64,000 nucleotides of DNA from Candidatus Doudnabacteria bacterium (GCA_016182875.1 JACPFQ010000004.1:99203-163202), one strand, 5' to 3'; positions 34,596 through 45,307 are shown, counted from the first letter of the stretch. Numbers and translations: made by a program. Notes: generated from the letters alone by a model not told the origin.

Positions 34596-36236
34596 ATGCT
34601 TACTCCAGGGGACCGCGGCGTAAAGCTGAAACAAATTTATTCAGAGTTGGATCGAAAGTACGAAGAAGAAGAAGCGGAACGGAACGCTCAGGCTTTTGAC
34701 TTGCCTTATGTCAACCTGCACAGCTTTCCGATTGACCACAATGTCCTGTCAATTGTTCCGCGGGAAGAGGCGGAGCGGCTGTTAGTTGTGCCGTTTTACC
34801 GCGAAGGGCGCAATCTCAAACTGGCCACGCCGCATCCGATCGAAGCGCTGGGGCAGCTGCTTGTGCGGCTTAAGGAAGAAAGCTATTTCCTCGAGCTTTA
34901 TTTTATTTCACAAAGCAGTTTTCAGAACGCGCTTAAGCTTTACGAAAAAGTTATTACCGTCAAACAGCGCTCCAAGGATATCAAGCTTTCAGAGAAAGAC
35001 TTCAAGCATGACATTAAGTCCTTGACTGACCTGGGTAATAAGCTTGTCACTGCCTCAGCCACTGAGATGATTGAAGTTTTGGTCGGCAACGCTCTAGCAT
35101 TGGACGCCTCGGACGTACACGTCGAACCGGTGGCCGAGGCGGTTAAGGTCCGGTTTCGCATGGATGGCGTCCTGCAGGACGTCTGCAAACTTCCCAAAGA
35201 GCTTAGCCATCAGCTGGTCTCGCGCGTCAAAATTTTGTCTCAGCTGAAGTTGAACGTCACTGCTGTTCCCCAGGACGGCAGTTTCAGCTTGAGTTTCAAC
35301 GACCAGCCTGTCGACGTCCGCGTTTCAGTCCTTCCTTCCGCCTTTGGGGAATCGATTGTGATGCGGATACTGCGTCAGGACAAAGGACTGCTCAAATTCG
35401 AACAGTTGGGCATCAGGGGTCTGGCTTACGAGCGTTTAAGCGAGGAGTTGCAAAAACCGAATGGCATGATTCTTACCACCGGCCCCACGGGCAGCGGCAA
35501 GACCACGACCCTCTACGCTATCCTCAGCAAGCTCAATGAACCGGGGGTCAAAATCATCACTTTGGAGGACCCGGTGGAGTACAAAATCCCAGGCATTACC
35601 CAAACACCCATTGATTCGGCGGCGGGCCTCACTTTTGCCAGCGGCTTGCGCGCGATTTTAAGGCAGGACCCTGACGTCGTCATGGTTGGTGAGATGCGCG
35701 ACTTGGAAACGGCCGAAGTAGCAAGCCAGGCGGCGCTGACCGGGCATATCGTCCTTTCCACGCTTCATACCAATGATGCCGCCGGCGCCATTCCGCGCAT
35801 GCTTGACTTGGGCGTGAAGCCGTTCGTGGTCGCGCCCGCGATTAATGCCATAATCGCCCAGCGCCTGGTGCGCAAAATTTGCGACAAGTGCAAGACAGAA
35901 TATAAGCCGGATTCTCATTTAGTTCAAAGGGCGCAAATGATTCTTTCGACTATTCCCAAGACCTCAAAGGTTACAGTGCCAACCAAGCTGAAGTTTTATC
36001 ACAGCCCGGGCTGTCCCGCCTGCAAGGGCCTGGGTTATAAGGACCGGATTGGCGTGTACGAAGTTTTTGTGATTAACGAAGCGATTGAAAAACTGGTTAA
36101 CAAATCGGCTTCCAACACGGAAATCAAAAGGCAGGCAGTGGCTGATGGCATGCTGACCATGGCCCAGGACGGCATTCTTAAAGCTTTGGACGGCCTGACT
36201 GATTTGGAAGAAGTCTTCCGCGTGACCGAGGAATAA
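34596..36236 (+). CDS. pilB: GspE/PilB-family type II secretion / type IV pilus assembly ATPase
   Basis: Walker A GPTGSGKTTTLYAIL, Asp/His boxes, tetracysteine motif CDKCK...CPACKGLGY. Confidence 0.85.
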   Translation: MLTPGDRGVKLKQIYSELDRKYEEEEAERNAQAFDLPYVNLHSFPIDHNVLSIVPREEAERLLVVPFYREGRNLKLATPHPIEALGQLLVRLKEESYFLELYFISQSSFQNALKLYEKVITVKQRSKDIKLSEKDFKHDIKSLTDLGNKLVTASATEMIEVLVGNALALDASDVHVEPVAEAVKVRFRMDGVLQDVCKLPKELSHQLVSRVKILSQLKLNVTAVPQDGSFSLSFNDQPVDVRVSVLPSAFGESIVMRILRQDKGLLKFEQLGIRGLAYERLSEELQKPNGMILTTGPTGSGKTTTLYAILSKLNEPGVKIITLEDPVEYKIPGITQTPIDSAAGLTFASGLRAILRQDPDVVMVGEMRDLETAEVASQAALTGHIVLSTLHTNDAAGAIPRMLDLGVKPFVVAPAINAIIAQRLVRKICDKCKTEYKPDSHLVQRAQMILSTIPKTSKVTVPTKLKFYHSPGCPACKGLGYKDRIGVYEVFVINEAIEKLVNKSASNTEIKRQAVADGMLTMAQDGILKALDGLTDLEEVFRVTEE

Positions 36237-36247
36237 ATTTAGAAATT

Positions 36248-36917
36248 ATGACCGAAGTGCGGCGCGGCGAGCTTTTTAGCATTACGGGGACTCTGCTCTG
36301 GAGTCTGTTTCCACTAATCACGATTCTTTCATTCAATCATCTTTCCCCATTCGTCTCACTGGCTTTCGGCACGCTTTTGGCCGCAGTTTTTTTCAGCCTA
36401 GTTTTGACCCTCAGGCGAAAATGGCCGGAAGTTAGAAATTCCGAGGCGCTTAAGGACATGATTATAGGAGCCTCGATTATCGGGGTAGTTTTTTATATAC
36501 TGTTCTTTTTTGGGCTTAAGTTTACCAGTGCCGGCAATGCCAGCATCATCGCCAAAACCGAAATCTTTTTCAGCTTTCTGTTTTTTCATGTTTGTCAGGT
36601 CGGCGGTCGCGGCAGTTGGATTGTTTGTTCTAATTGCTTTGCTTGGGGAACAAATCAACGCCGGAGATTTGCGGCAGTCGTGGCTTGTGCTCTTGATTAA
36701 TGGGCTGATCATGCTTGGCTTGTCCAAGATTTTTTGGCTGGAGGCCATTCACCGCATCAGTGTGGTCAAAGCCAATGCGCTCTCAAGCATGGGGCCGCTG
36801 GCAACCTTGTTTTTTGCCTGGATAATTTTGCGCGACGCGCCGACCTCGTGGCAGCTGCTTTCGATCGTCCCCATGATTTTTGGCGTGGTTCTTTTAGGCG
36901 AAGAAAAAAATACTTAA
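36248..36917 (+). pseudogene. EamA/DMT-family transporter split by a frameshift at a T6 homopolymer (~36581-36586); track ORFs 36248..36700 and 36510..36917 are the two halves
   Basis: Both halves are polytopic EamA-like; deleting one T from ctgttttttcatg joins ...FSFLFF to MFVRSAVAAVGLFV... in frame. Confidence 0.55.
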
Positions 36918-36949
36918 CACAGGTATAGTATTATTGTTATGATTGAGCC

Positions 36950-37924
36950 ATGGAATACGTTACTCTGAACACGGGTGTGAAAATACCGCGCATTGGTTTG
37001 GGCAATTCCAACCGCGGCAATAAAATCCCGCAAGTCGGCCTGGGCACTTGGAAGGCTCAGCCGAATCAGGTCGGTGAGGCCGTACGCTTTGCCTTGGAAG
37101 AAGCCGGGTACCGTCATCTGGATTGCGCGCCGATTTACTTTAACGAAAAGGAGATTGGGGAGGTTTTAGGGCAGATTTTTCGTGAGGGAAAAATCAAGCG
37201 CGAAGAAGTTTTTATAACGAGCAAACTTTGGAACAATGCTCACGCGGCAAAGGATGTCGAGCCGGCTTTAGGAAAAACACTCGATGATCTGCAAATCGAC
37301 TATCTCGATTTGTACTTAGTGCATTGGGGCGTGGCCATAAAAGGCAACATCGGAGAAGAACACCTGGACGCGACCGGTACGCTGATCAGCGCTCCGGTTT
37401 CGATTCAAGAAACCTGGGAAGCCATGGAAGCTCTGGTTGCAAAAGGCTTGGTCAAGGCCGTTGGGGTCTCGAACTTTACCGCACCCATGTTGCTAGACTT
37501 GCTGTCATATGCTGAAATTGCGCCAGTAGTAAACCAAATCGAACTGCACCCATATAATGCGCAGACCAGATTGGTCGAATTTTGCCATAACAAAAACATA
37601 GCTGTGATTGCTTACTCGCCGCTGGGGCGGCCCAGAAGTGTGATCAACTCTGGAAGCCGTTTGCCGGTTCTGATCCAGGATCCGGTCGTGATGAACATTG
37701 CCAAAGCTCATGGCAAATCCGAGGCGCAGATTTTGCTGCGATGGGCAGTGCAGAGAAACACGATTGTCATCCCTAAAAGCATGAATCCCGAAAATATGAA
37801 GAGCAACCTCCTAATTTTCGATTTTGAACTTACCGGGCAAGAAATGCAGGCTTTAACTAATTTAGACCGTAAACTCCGCTACGTGAATCCGTATGACTGG
37901 TGGAAGATTCCTTACTTCGACTAG
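36950..37924 (+). CDS. Aldo/keto reductase family oxidoreductase
   Basis: AKR catalytic tetrad context (D..Y..K..H), LDCAPIYFNEKEIGE, IPKS motif. Confidence 0.85.
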   Translation: MEYVTLNTGVKIPRIGLGNSNRGNKIPQVGLGTWKAQPNQVGEAVRFALEEAGYRHLDCAPIYFNEKEIGEVLGQIFREGKIKREEVFITSKLWNNAHAAKDVEPALGKTLDDLQIDYLDLYLVHWGVAIKGNIGEEHLDATGTLISAPVSIQETWEAMEALVAKGLVKAVGVSNFTAPMLLDLLSYAEIAPVVNQIELHPYNAQTRLVEFCHNKNIAVIAYSPLGRPRSVINSGSRLPVLIQDPVVMNIAKAHGKSEAQILLRWAVQRNTIVIPKSMNPENMKSNLLIFDFELTGQEMQALTNLDRKLRYVNPYDWWKIPYFD

Positions 37925-37945
37925 AGTATCGATGCTAATATACGA

Positions 37946-38341
37946 ATGAATACTAATTATACAAATAAATTAATTCATCCCGAGTTATCGTACACTTTAA
38001 CTGGCATCTGCTTTACGGTACATAACAATTTAGGAAGATTTTCGAGAGAGAAACAATATGCTGATGCTGTCGAAGGATTGCTGAAACAATCAAAGATTCC
38101 ATATAAACGTGAATTTAGAGTCACGGATACCGGAAATATTATCGATTTTCTTATTGACGATAAAATAGTTCTTGAAATAAAATCCAAACGGTTAATATTA
38201 AAAACTGATTTCTATCAAACTCAGCGCTATTTGCAATCGTCTAACAAAGATTTGGCCTTACTTGTTAATTTTCAGAACCGCTATCTTAAACCAATTAGGA
38301 TAGTACGCATTGAAACCGATGCTCGCAAAAAATTTATCTGA
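37946..38341 (+). CDS. GxxExxY-family protein (PD-(D/E)xK-like)
   Basis: 131 aa, conserved GxxExxY-type core (IDFLIDDKIVLEIK); AT-rich. Confidence 0.6.
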   Translation: MNTNYTNKLIHPELSYTLTGICFTVHNNLGRFSREKQYADAVEGLLKQSKIPYKREFRVTDTGNIIDFLIDDKIVLEIKSKRLILKTDFYQTQRYLQSSNKDLALLVNFQNRYLKPIRIVRIETDARKKFI

Positions 38342-38390
38342 GCGACAGCTATTAGTATCATTAGTAAATTAGTATATTCGCATCAATACC

Positions 38391-40733
38391 ATGGAATTTA
38401 AACATAAACTACTTTTGATTGACGGTCACGCGTTATTCCACCGCGCCTTTCATGCGCTGCCGGCAATGAGCGGGCCGCAGGGGTTTCCTACCGGCGCGAT
38501 TTTTGGTTTCTTGTCCATGCTGTTTAAAGCCTTCAACGACATCAAACCAACCCATGCTTTGGTGACTTTTGACGTGCCGGGGCCGACGTTTCGGGATAAA
38601 CTGGCAGCTGATTATAAGGCGACTAGGAAAGCACCACCCGATGATTTAACCATACAACTGCCCAAGCTCAAGGAAATTTTGACCGCCTTGGATATTCCTA
38701 TTTATGAAAAAGAAGGTTATGAGGCTGATGATCTTTTGGGCATTATCGCCCACAAGACCCCAAAGGATGTTTTGAACATTATCGTCACCGGCGATTTGGA
38801 TTTGCTGCAGTTGATAAACGGCCGCACCGAAGTTTACCGGTTCAAAATCGGCTTTTCCGACATCCAGATTTTTGATGAAAATAAAATGCTGGAAGTTTAC
38901 GGCCTGCGGCCATCGCAGTGGGTGGATTACAAAGCCATCCGCGGGGATGTTTCCGACAATATTCCCGGGGTGCCGGGCATTGGTGAGAAGGGCGCTTTGG
39001 AGCTGATTAAAAAATTTGGCTCCTTGGACGGTGTTTATAAGGCTGCTGAAGCGAAGGACAAAAACATCAAGCCCGGCACTTTGAAAAAGCTGGAAGAAGG
39101 CCGAGAAAAAGCATATTTGTCCAAAAAACTTGCTCATATTGACCAAATAGGTGAGTTGAGTTTGTCCGCCAAAGGCGGATCCGCCTCCGGCGGAAACTTT
39201 GATTTTGAGAAAACAAAGATCGGCGACTATGACCAGAATAAAGTCGTCGGGCTGCTTAAGGAGCTTGAGATTAAGGCCTTGATTAATAGGCTTCCGAAGG
39301 TTTCGGAAAAGTTTGCAGCCAAGGCGGAGCCGAAGCCAAAGGTTAAGGCTCGGCCGAACGAGCTGATTAAAACTTCGGAACAAGCGCAGTTGGCAGCTTA
39401 TCTTATTAATCCCGGCTTGCGAATTTACGAAGAGCGCGATTGGGATGGCCTGGCAGAAGAGCTGAAAGCAAAAAATCTGGCAAAGATTTTTACTGAAATC
39501 GAAGTGTTGCTTAGGGAAGTGCTTGATGACATGCAAAAACGGGGAATTAAACTTGATATTGGCTATTTGGCTAAGCTGTCGAAGGAAGCTGACAAGAAAA
39601 TCACGGAGCTAACCAGAAAGATTCATAAATTGGCTGGTGAAGAGTTTAACATTTCCTCCCCGATTCAGCTTCGTGAGGTTTTGTTTGATAAACTCAAAAT
39701 TTCTTTTGAAGGCTTGCGGAAAACCGGCAAGACCAAGGCTTTGTCCACGGCGGCCGAACAGCTCGAAAAACTGCGCGGACTGCATCCGATTGTCGAGCTG
39801 ATTTTTGAATACCGTGAATTGACCAAACTTAAGTCGACTTACCTCGATGCCCTGCCGAAGTTGGTGGCAAAAGACGGGCGGCTGCATACGCAGTACAGCC
39901 AGACTGTTGCCGCCACGGGCCGGATTTCTTCGTCTGAGCCGAATCTGCAGAACATTCCCATCCGGACTGAACTTGGCAACCAAATTCGCAAGGCGTTTGT
40001 GGCTGACTCGGGCTTTGTTTTGGCTTCGTTGGACTATTCTCAGATTGAATTGCGCATTGCCGCTTCACTTTCCAATGATCCCGAAATGATAAAAATTTTC
40101 CAAAATGGCATTGACTTTCATACGGCCACAGCCAGCAAGATTTTTAATGTTAAGCCCGAGGAAGTGACTCCCAGCCAGCGGCGAGACGCCAAAACCATTA
40201 ATTTTTCCGTGCTTTACGGAGTTTCCGGTTTTGGGCTTTCGGAAAGAAGCGAAATGAGCCGGGCAGAAGCGTTGGAATTCATCAAAAAATACTTTAACGT
40301 GTTTTCCAAGCTCAAAGAATACATTGATAAAAGCATTGAGCAAGCGCATAAAGAAGGATTTGCTGTAAATCCTTTGGGTCGAATCAGATATTTTCCCGAA
40401 ATCAATTCTTCAAATTTTGCCATTAGGTCGGCGGCTGAACGCGCAGCCGTGAATATGCCGATTCAATCCCTGGCCGCGGACATTTTGAAAATGGCCATGA
40501 TAGAAATAGAGACAAGAAACAAGGAACAAGAAACAAATTGCCGAATGCTTTTGACTGTCCATGACGAACTGGTCTTTGAAATTAAACCAGATAAAGTGGA
40601 TCAGTTTGTGCCAGAAATCAAAAAAATCATGGAATCTGTTTATAAACTAAAAGTGCCGATTGTGGTTGAGGCTAAAATCGGCCCGAACTGGATGGAAATG
40701 GAGAGATACGATGCTAATAACTATGACTATTAA
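38391..40733 (+). CDS. polA: DNA polymerase I (5'-3' exonuclease + polymerase; the 3'-5' exo region appears vestigial)
   Basis: FEN-like N-domain; pol A motifs (DYSQIELR, RRDAKTINF, LLTVHDELVFE). Confidence 0.92.
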   Translation: MEFKHKLLLIDGHALFHRAFHALPAMSGPQGFPTGAIFGFLSMLFKAFNDIKPTHALVTFDVPGPTFRDKLAADYKATRKAPPDDLTIQLPKLKEILTALDIPIYEKEGYEADDLLGIIAHKTPKDVLNIIVTGDLDLLQLINGRTEVYRFKIGFSDIQIFDENKMLEVYGLRPSQWVDYKAIRGDVSDNIPGVPGIGEKGALELIKKFGSLDGVYKAAEAKDKNIKPGTLKKLEEGREKAYLSKKLAHIDQIGELSLSAKGGSASGGNFDFEKTKIGDYDQNKVVGLLKELEIKALINRLPKVSEKFAAKAEPKPKVKARPNELIKTSEQAQLAAYLINPGLRIYEERDWDGLAEELKAKNLAKIFTEIEVLLREVLDDMQKRGIKLDIGYLAKLSKEADKKITELTRKIHKLAGEEFNISSPIQLREVLFDKLKISFEGLRKTGKTKALSTAAEQLEKLRGLHPIVELIFEYRELTKLKSTYLDALPKLVAKDGRLHTQYSQTVAATGRISSSEPNLQNIPIRTELGNQIRKAFVADSGFVLASLDYSQIELRIAASLSNDPEMIKIFQNGIDFHTATASKIFNVKPEEVTPSQRRDAKTINFSVLYGVSGFGLSERSEMSRAEALEFIKKYFNVFSKLKEYIDKSIEQAHKEGFAVNPLGRIRYFPEINSSNFAIRSAAERAAVNMPIQSLAADILKMAMIEIETRNKEQETNCRMLLTVHDELVFEIKPDKVDQFVPEIKKIMESVYKLKVPIVVEAKIGPNWMEMERYDANNYDY

Positions 40734-40749
40734 CTATTAACGATAACAA

Positions 40750-41469
40750 ATGTCCGAATTTGGAAGGGGAAATCCAGAGCAAAATCGAGAAATTAATACA
40801 AGATCTATCCAGATCGATAGCCCTGAGTTTGCTGAGTTTGAATCAGGGGATATGCGGGACTTGGTTAAGCGCTGGCGGCAAAATCACGCGGTTCTTTTGC
40901 CGATAATTAGGCGCGGAGACTTTCCATTTTTTGGCTTGCACGGCACAACCAGGTCCAATTTGGATAAAATGATACAAACGCAAGAAGCAAACGTTGAGAT
41001 GGCTACTTTCTACAAAAAAAATCGCTCAGAAAGGTTTTTGTACCAACTTTACGTAGCAGGACTTTATCCAGTTCCTTATGCCATGGGCCAAGCTGCTTAC
41101 CGCGAACAGAGTCCCGGAGGGATTATAGTTTTTAATCTAAATGACAAAGAAGGCAAAAATTTCACTTTTGAGTGGGAACACCTGCGTCCAGCTAGTTTTC
41201 CTGGATTAACATACGATACTGCTAAGGAGGGGCGCTTCATAGAATCTTTGGGACGTCGGGAAGGCTTATTATACAGGACAAAGCAGGATATTAAGGAATC
41301 GTTTGCTGAAAGATTTAAGGGGTATATAGATATGAATGATTTATCAAAGTATCACCAGGAAATATCTAAAGAAGATTTGACTGGTTTAGTCAGAGTAATT
41401 ATACGCCGTCGTTTTCTAGCCCAAGAAATTATAGCGCGAGCACTAGAACTGTTAGGCAAACAATCATGA
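40750..41469 (+). CDS. Hypothetical protein (239 aa) between polA and ppa
   Basis: ORF with ATGA overlap into ppa; no recognisable family. Confidence 0.5.
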   Translation: MSEFGRGNPEQNREINTRSIQIDSPEFAEFESGDMRDLVKRWRQNHAVLLPIIRRGDFPFFGLHGTTRSNLDKMIQTQEANVEMATFYKKNRSERFLYQLYVAGLYPVPYAMGQAAYREQSPGGIIVFNLNDKEGKNFTFEWEHLRPASFPGLTYDTAKEGRFIESLGRREGLLYRTKQDIKESFAERFKGYIDMNDLSKYHQEISKEDLTGLVRVIIRRRFLAQEIIARALELLGKQS

Positions 41470-41939
41470 AACTTAAAGATACTCCCTCAGGCAGTCCCGA
41501 GCAGTTTAACGTCGTAATTGAAATTCCCAAGGGGAGCAATTATAAGTATGAATATGATGAGACTACGGGCAAGATGAAGCTGGATTTTATCTTTAACAAC
41601 CTAGTTTATCCGTTTAACTACGGCTTTATTCCCAATACCAAAGCCGAGGACGGCGATACTTTGGACTGCGGGGTAATAAGCGACAAGATATTCCCGTCAG
41701 GGACGGTGGTGACTTGCCGGCCAATCGCGGTTATGAAGCAGCTTGATCGGGGGAAACAGGACGATAAAATCATGGCGGTCCCAGTTGATGAACCGGAGCG
41801 CGAATTGACTGACCAAGAAAAACGACGTTTCACGGATTTTTACGCCGAAGTTGCCAAGCAGAAACTGAAAGTGGTTACCGTGACTGGCTATGGCGACAAA
41901 TCGGAGGCGATTGCGACAATTACAAAAGCTATGGCTTAA
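41466..41939 (+). CDS. ppa: Inorganic pyrophosphatase (family I)
   Basis: FNVVIEIPKGSNYKYEYD...DGDTLD signature. Confidence 0.9.
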   Translation: MKLKDTPSGSPEQFNVVIEIPKGSNYKYEYDETTGKMKLDFIFNNLVYPFNYGFIPNTKAEDGDTLDCGVISDKIFPSGTVVTCRPIAVMKQLDRGKQDDKIMAVPVDEPERELTDQEKRRFTDFYAEVAKQKLKVVTVTGYGDKSEAIATITKAMA

Positions 41940-41992
41940 GAGAACATAAATTGTGCGGCCGTCCAAAATATGTTCTTACAAAAAACCGCCTG

Positions 41993-42262
41993 TTAGGCAG
42001 TTTTTACTTTGGAGATCAGCTTAGACAATCGGGACTTCAGGCGGGAAGCTTTGTTCTTGTGAATGATATGCTTTTTGGCGGCCTTGTCCAAAGACGCATA
42101 AGCGGCAGTCAAAGCTTTTTTGGCGTCTTCAACCTTGCCGGAAGAAGCAAGCTTCCTGACTTGCTTGACGGCCTTCTTGATTTTTTCCAAAGCGGCCAGG
42201 TTCAGAGCGTGGCGGCGGATATTCTGTCTAGCGGCTTTGATTGCGGACTTGGTGTTAGGCAT
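41993..42262 (-). CDS. rpsT: 30S ribosomal protein S20
   Basis: MPNTKSAIKAARQNIRRH... typical S20. Confidence 0.9.
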   Translation of the reverse strand: MPNTKSAIKAARQNIRRHALNLAALEKIKKAVKQVRKLASSGKVEDAKKALTAAYASLDKAAKKHIIHKNKASRLKSRLSKLISKVKTA

Positions 42263-42406
42263 AGCTTAGAGATGATAACAGAAATTTTGAGTTTAAGCAA
42301 TACTGTCCGCATTCGCGAGCGACCGAAGGTCGCGTGGCGATCTATTCTTAACGTGTCAGATTGCTTCGTCGCTAATCGCTCCTCGCAAATGCGAAGAATG
42401 TAGCAA

Positions 42407-44539
42407 TCACTTAAACTTATGCCTCTTCATTCTTGTCTTCTCTCGAATTGCCGAAATTTGGTCGCGCAAGGCTGCGGCTTTTTCGAAATCCAAATTCCTG
42501 GCCGCCAAATCCATCTGATCGCGCAGTTCTTCCACCAGGTATGCGATTTCTTGCCTGCTCATTTTCGTTAAATCAATCCCTGATTCCTGATTCTTGATTC
42601 CTGATTCTATCTTCATGCCTGCCAGCCGAGATTCCTTAACAGCTTTCTGGATGCTCGCCGGAATGATGCCGTGCTTCTTGTTATATTGTTCCTGGATTTT
42701 GCGGCGGCGGGCGACCTCATCCATGGCCCGCTTCATCGAGCCGGTAACCTGGTCTGCGTACATGATGACGCGGCCATCGATGTGCCGGGCCGCGCGGCCC
42801 ATGGTTTGGATGAGCGAAGTGTCCGAGCGCAGGAATCCTTCCTTATCCGCGTCCAAAATCGCGACCAATGACACTTCCGGCAAGTCCAATCCTTCCCGCA
42901 GTAAATTTATCCCCACGACCACGTCATAAACTCCCAAGCGTAAGTCTCTCAAAATTTCCAGTCTCTGCAGGGTTTCAATGTCAGCATGGAGGTAATGAAC
43001 CTTGACCCCGTATTCAGCCAAATAATTGGAAAGTTCTTCAGCCATGTTTTTGGTCAGAGTCGTAACCAAAACCCGCTGGCTATTTTTTACCCGATTTTGG
43101 ATTTCCTCCATAAGGTCGTCTATTTGATTTTTGGTCGGCCGAATTTCGATTTCCGGATCCAAGAGGCCGGTGGGCCGGATTAACTGCTCGGCGACCTGCT
43201 TGGAAGCTTTTATCTCGCGCTCTTTGGCGGGCGTGGCAGAGACAAAAATCGTTTGATCGGTTTTTTTTTCGAATTCTTCGAATTTCAGCGGCCGGTTGTC
43301 TAGGGCGCTCGGCAATCTGAAGCCGTAGTCGACCAGAGTTTGTTTGCGGGCTGAATCGCCTTCATACATGCCGTTTATTTGCGGCAGGGTGATGTGGGAT
43401 TCGTCGATGAACAGCAAGAAGTCATCCGGAAAATAATCGAGCAGGGTCGAGGGCGGCTCTCCGGGCTTGCGGAAGTCCAAGTGGCGGGAATAATTTTCGA
43501 TGCCGTTAACAAACCCGGTTTCAATCATCATTTCGATGTCAAAGTTGGTGCGCTGTTCGATTCTTTGGGCTTCTAGGAGTTTGTCTTGACTTTTGAAAAA
43601 TTTAACCTGCTCAGCAAGCTCTGCCCGAATGTTTTCGATGGCGGCAAGCATTTTTTCCCTCGGGGTCACGAAATGCTTGGCTGGGAAGATGGTGAGTTGG
43701 CTTAGAGACGGATCGTTTTTAGACCGTAACTCCCCCGCTTTGCCTAATGCCTTTGCTCCCCCTCTTATCCTAAGAGGGGGTTTGTTTTCAGTCTTATCCC
43801 CCCTTGGAACAAGGGGGGATAAAGGGGGGTTAGAAGCAGAGGCTAAATCCTCCCCGGTCAGCGGATCATGTAAACTAATTTTCTCAATCTCGTCCCCATA
43901 AAAATTAATGCGATAGACTTTGTCTTCAGATGCAGGGATTATTTCTACCACGTCTCCACGTACCCTGTAAGTTCCTCTTCGAAGTTCGACGTCATTGCGC
44001 ATGAACTGCAGGTCAGTCAGCCGGCGCAAAAACTTGTCGCGCTTGATTTTGGCCCCGACTTTGATGGGGACGGAAAGCTCCAGGTAGTCGCCTGGGTTGC
44101 CCAGGCCGTAGATGCAGGAGACCGACGCGACAATCAAGACGTCTTGGCGACTAAGCAAACTTTGCGTGGCGGCGTTGCGAAGTTTGTCGATTTCTTCGTT
44201 GATTTCCGTTTCTTTCTCGATATAGGTGTCGCTTCGCGGAATGTACGCTTCCGGCTGGTAGTAATCGTAGTAGGAAACGAAATAATGCACGGCGTTGTCC
44301 GGGAAAAAATCCTGGAATTCCGAAGCCAGCTGGGCGGCCAGAGTTTTGTTATGCGAGATTACGAGGGTCGGTTTTTGGACAAGTGCTACGATGTTGGCCA
44401 TGGTGAAAGTCTTGCCGCTGCCCGTGACCCCGAGCAAAGTTTGGTAGCGGTAATTTTTTTTGAGGCCCGCAGCTAGCTTTTCGATCGCCTGCGGCTGGTC
44501 GCCCGAAGGTTTGAATGGTGACTGAAGCTGGAATTTCAT
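42407..44539 (-). CDS. uvrB: Excinuclease ABC subunit B, carrying an in-frame ~40-aa insertion encoded by a palindromic element
   Basis: UvrB helicase motifs throughout; the inserted segment [46 protein letters not shown] sits between the conserved DPLTGE and [13 protein letters not shown]. Confidence 0.93.
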   Translation of the reverse strand: MKFQLQSPFKPSGDQPQAIEKLAAGLKKNYRYQTLLGVTGSGKTFTMANIVALVQKPTLVISHNKTLAAQLASEFQDFFPDNAVHYFVSYYDYYQPEAYIPRSDTYIEKETEINEEIDKLRNAATQSLLSRQDVLIVASVSCIYGLGNPGDYLELSVPIKVGAKIKRDKFLRRLTDLQFMRNDVELRRGTYRVRGDVVEIIPASEDKVYRINFYGDEIEKISLHDPLTGEDLASASNPPLSPLVPRGDKTENKPPLRIRGGAKALGKAGELRSKNDPSLSQLTIFPAKHFVTPREKMLAAIENIRAELAEQVKFFKSQDKLLEAQRIEQRTNFDIEMMIETGFVNGIENYSRHLDFRKPGEPPSTLLDYFPDDFLLFIDESHITLPQINGMYEGDSARKQTLVDYGFRLPSALDNRPLKFEEFEKKTDQTIFVSATPAKEREIKASKQVAEQLIRPTGLLDPEIEIRPTKNQIDDLMEEIQNRVKNSQRVLVTTLTKNMAEELSNYLAEYGVKVHYLHADIETLQRLEILRDLRLGVYDVVVGINLLREGLDLPEVSLVAILDADKEGFLRSDTSLIQTMGRAARHIDGRVIMYADQVTGSMKRAMDEVARRRKIQEQYNKKHGIIPASIQKAVKESRLAGMKIESGIKNQESGIDLTKMSRQEIAYLVEELRDQMDLAARNLDFEKAAALRDQISAIREKTRMKRHKFK
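43727..43832. mobile_element. MITE-like palindromic element inserted in frame inside uvrB
   Basis: Terminal repeats TAACTCCCCCGCTTTG ... GGGGGGTTA; internal perfect hairpins CCCCCTCTTA-tcc-TAAGAGGGGG and ATCCCCCCTTG-gaa-CAAGGGGGGAT. Confidence 0.55.
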
Positions 44540-44740
44540 CCAGGTACTAGAAATTTGACTTAATTGTTCGACCGCTTAAGGTCTTTCTTCTAGCCGGTCG
44601 AAAATTAATATCGCGATATGTTTTTGATTGAGCGTTCTTTGCCTGAAAAACATAATCGCGGTCAAAATTTCAGTACCTGGCATCGTAAATTTCATTGTAT
44701 CAAATTAGACTGCGCTATGCATAGCAGTTATAATAAGCTT

Positions 44741-45307
44741 ATGATTGGTTCAATTCGCGGGAAAGTTCAATACAAGTCCGGCAGTTACATCATCTTGGAT
44801 GCCAATGGAGTGGGCTACAAAATTTTTGTCATCCCGCCCCTGCTCCTTAGTCTCAAGCAAAATCAGGATTTGGCCCTGGTGATTCATACTTATGTGCGGG
44901 AAGACCAGATTTCTTTGTATGGGTTCGAATCGCTTCCGGAGTTGGAATTTTTTGAACTGCTCTTGACCGTTTCCGGCATCGGCCCCAAATCCGCTTTGGG
45001 AATCATGTCGCTTGCCGGCCTGGAGATGATTAAGTCAGCCATCGTCAGCGAAGACCCTTCGGTGTTCACCAAAGTTTCGGGCATCGGCCGCAAAACCGCA
45101 GAAAGGGTGATCGTCGAGCTGAAAGAGAAACTGCGCGACGAATCGGAAAAGGTTCCAGTGGCCAAAGAGCATTCGGATGCGGTTGACGCCCTGTTGGCTT
45201 TGGGCTATACCCAGCAGGAAGCCAGAGATGCATTGAAGCAAGTGCCCAAGGAAATAACCACCCTATCGGAGAAAGTTAAAATTGCGCTGAAGAGTTTGAG
45301 TAAATAG
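44741..45307 (+). CDS. ruvA: Holliday junction branch-migration protein RuvA
   Basis: MIGSIRGKVQYKSGSYIILDANGVGYKIFV...; the track ORF begins upstream at 44618 and I prefer the ATG at 44741, which has a TATAAT just upstream. Confidence 0.85.
   Translation: MIGSIRGKVQYKSGSYIILDANGVGYKIFVIPPLLLSLKQNQDLALVIHTYVREDQISLYGFESLPELEFFELLLTVSGIGPKSALGIMSLAGLEMIKSAIVSEDPSVFTKVSGIGRKTAERVIVELKEKLRDESEKVPVAKEHSDAVDALLALGYTQQEARDALKQVPKEITTLSEKVKIALKSLSK

Noticed and set aside
36510-36917. Treating 36510..36917 as an independent 135-aa gene
   Set aside because: Its N-terminal 26 residues are an out-of-frame read of the upstream EamA half; the two halves join cleanly with a 1-nt correction at a T6 run, so it is the 3' half of one transporter gene.
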